Assembly (NCBI RefSeq): GCF_040938485.1
Contig: NW_027271550.1
Span: 1,116,001-1,180,000 of the forward strand
Direction of reading: 5' to 3'
Source: Diadema antillarum
Lineage: Eukaryota
DNA length: 64,000 nt
Shown: piece after piece, positions 63,418 through 64,000 of the stretch
Numbering within the stretch: the stretch's first letter is position 1
Layout: every line of letters starts with the position of its first letter
Translations under genes and position numbers: made by a program
Notes under the pieces: model-generated
Databases searched by the model: none
The model's input: the letters and a program-made list of their open reading frames with translations, nothing else
Told to the model about the DNA's origin: nothing

Positions 63418-64000
63418 GTGAGTAGATTGTTCTCAAGTCACTCCTTCAGCATTTCATTCAAATAGTTTTCGGTCTTTCAAATCTGCACTGATGAATTTTG
63501 AACAATATTGCTTGAAACGAGGTAAATTTTACTTTAATATTTTGGGGCATTCATTAAGAAGAAAAGATTGCTGTTGTAGTTTTATCCCTTTGCCATCAGT
63601 TATGTACAATATGCTAGCTCTGTTTTTCTTTGCCATCATTGATATGTTTACTGATGTCTTTTGTTTTGTTTTTTATTTGGGTGGAAGGGATTCAGTTGTA
63701 TGCTGCTGTGCTAACTACTATTGTGAAAAGATATATCAGTGAGACATGACCGACTTGTGTCTGTTGGTTGAGGGTGAAATAATATCTGTTGGAAATGTGA
63801 AACACAGTGAAATGTGGTTTGGTACTCGGGCAAAATTATCGATACTCAATGAACGGTAGTAATATAAACATTCTTGTGGACAGGCTATGATAGTCTTTTC
63901 TGCACACAAATTTTGCTTTCAGTTTGGCAGTGGTGTTACTGTCACTGTTGTGATGTTTTGTTGGAGTGTGCAGATCATCGTCTTCACACTGTGTACGATA

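Noticed and set aside
63968-64000. Possible last NOP53 exon after tgcag
   Set aside because: The in-phase translation (KSSSSHCVR) does not match the basic C-terminus expected for NOP53.

Overview
AT-rich eukaryotic genomic DNA, probably an invertebrate deuterostome such as a sea urchin (inferred from gene content and repeat style), with three N gaps (998-1185, 36378-36551, 54522-54709). Two + strand genes are clear. (1) A synaptotagmin-14/16-type gene with five constitutive exons (27851-27969, 32599-33009, 36165-36363, 36967-37082, 39793-39990) encoding an acidic linker and two Ca2+-independent C2 domains. (2) NOP53/GLTSCR2, with 11 exons from 50141 to 63417; the last exon lies beyond the window, and one intron is a textbook U12-type minor intron. 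The main observation concerns the 26 kb upstream of the first constitutive SYT exon. No transmembrane exon was found there. It contains at least four, possibly up to seven, separate ATG-initiated exons, each with Cys near the N-terminus and each ending in a phase-1 donor that matches the shared phase-1 acceptor at 27851. This looks like a variable-first-exon array of lipid-anchor and sorting N-termini on a common C2AB module. Introns carry many MITEs (Kolobok/T2-, piggyBac-, Harbinger-, Tc1/pogo- and hAT-like), two Helentron/HINE-like elements with tandem arrays, a LINE 3' end, and a 2.5-kb TIR element with a 13-bp motif recurring about every 190 bp. A possible unrecognised minus-strand gene lies between the two genes. 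All splice models were derived by eye and have no transcript support.
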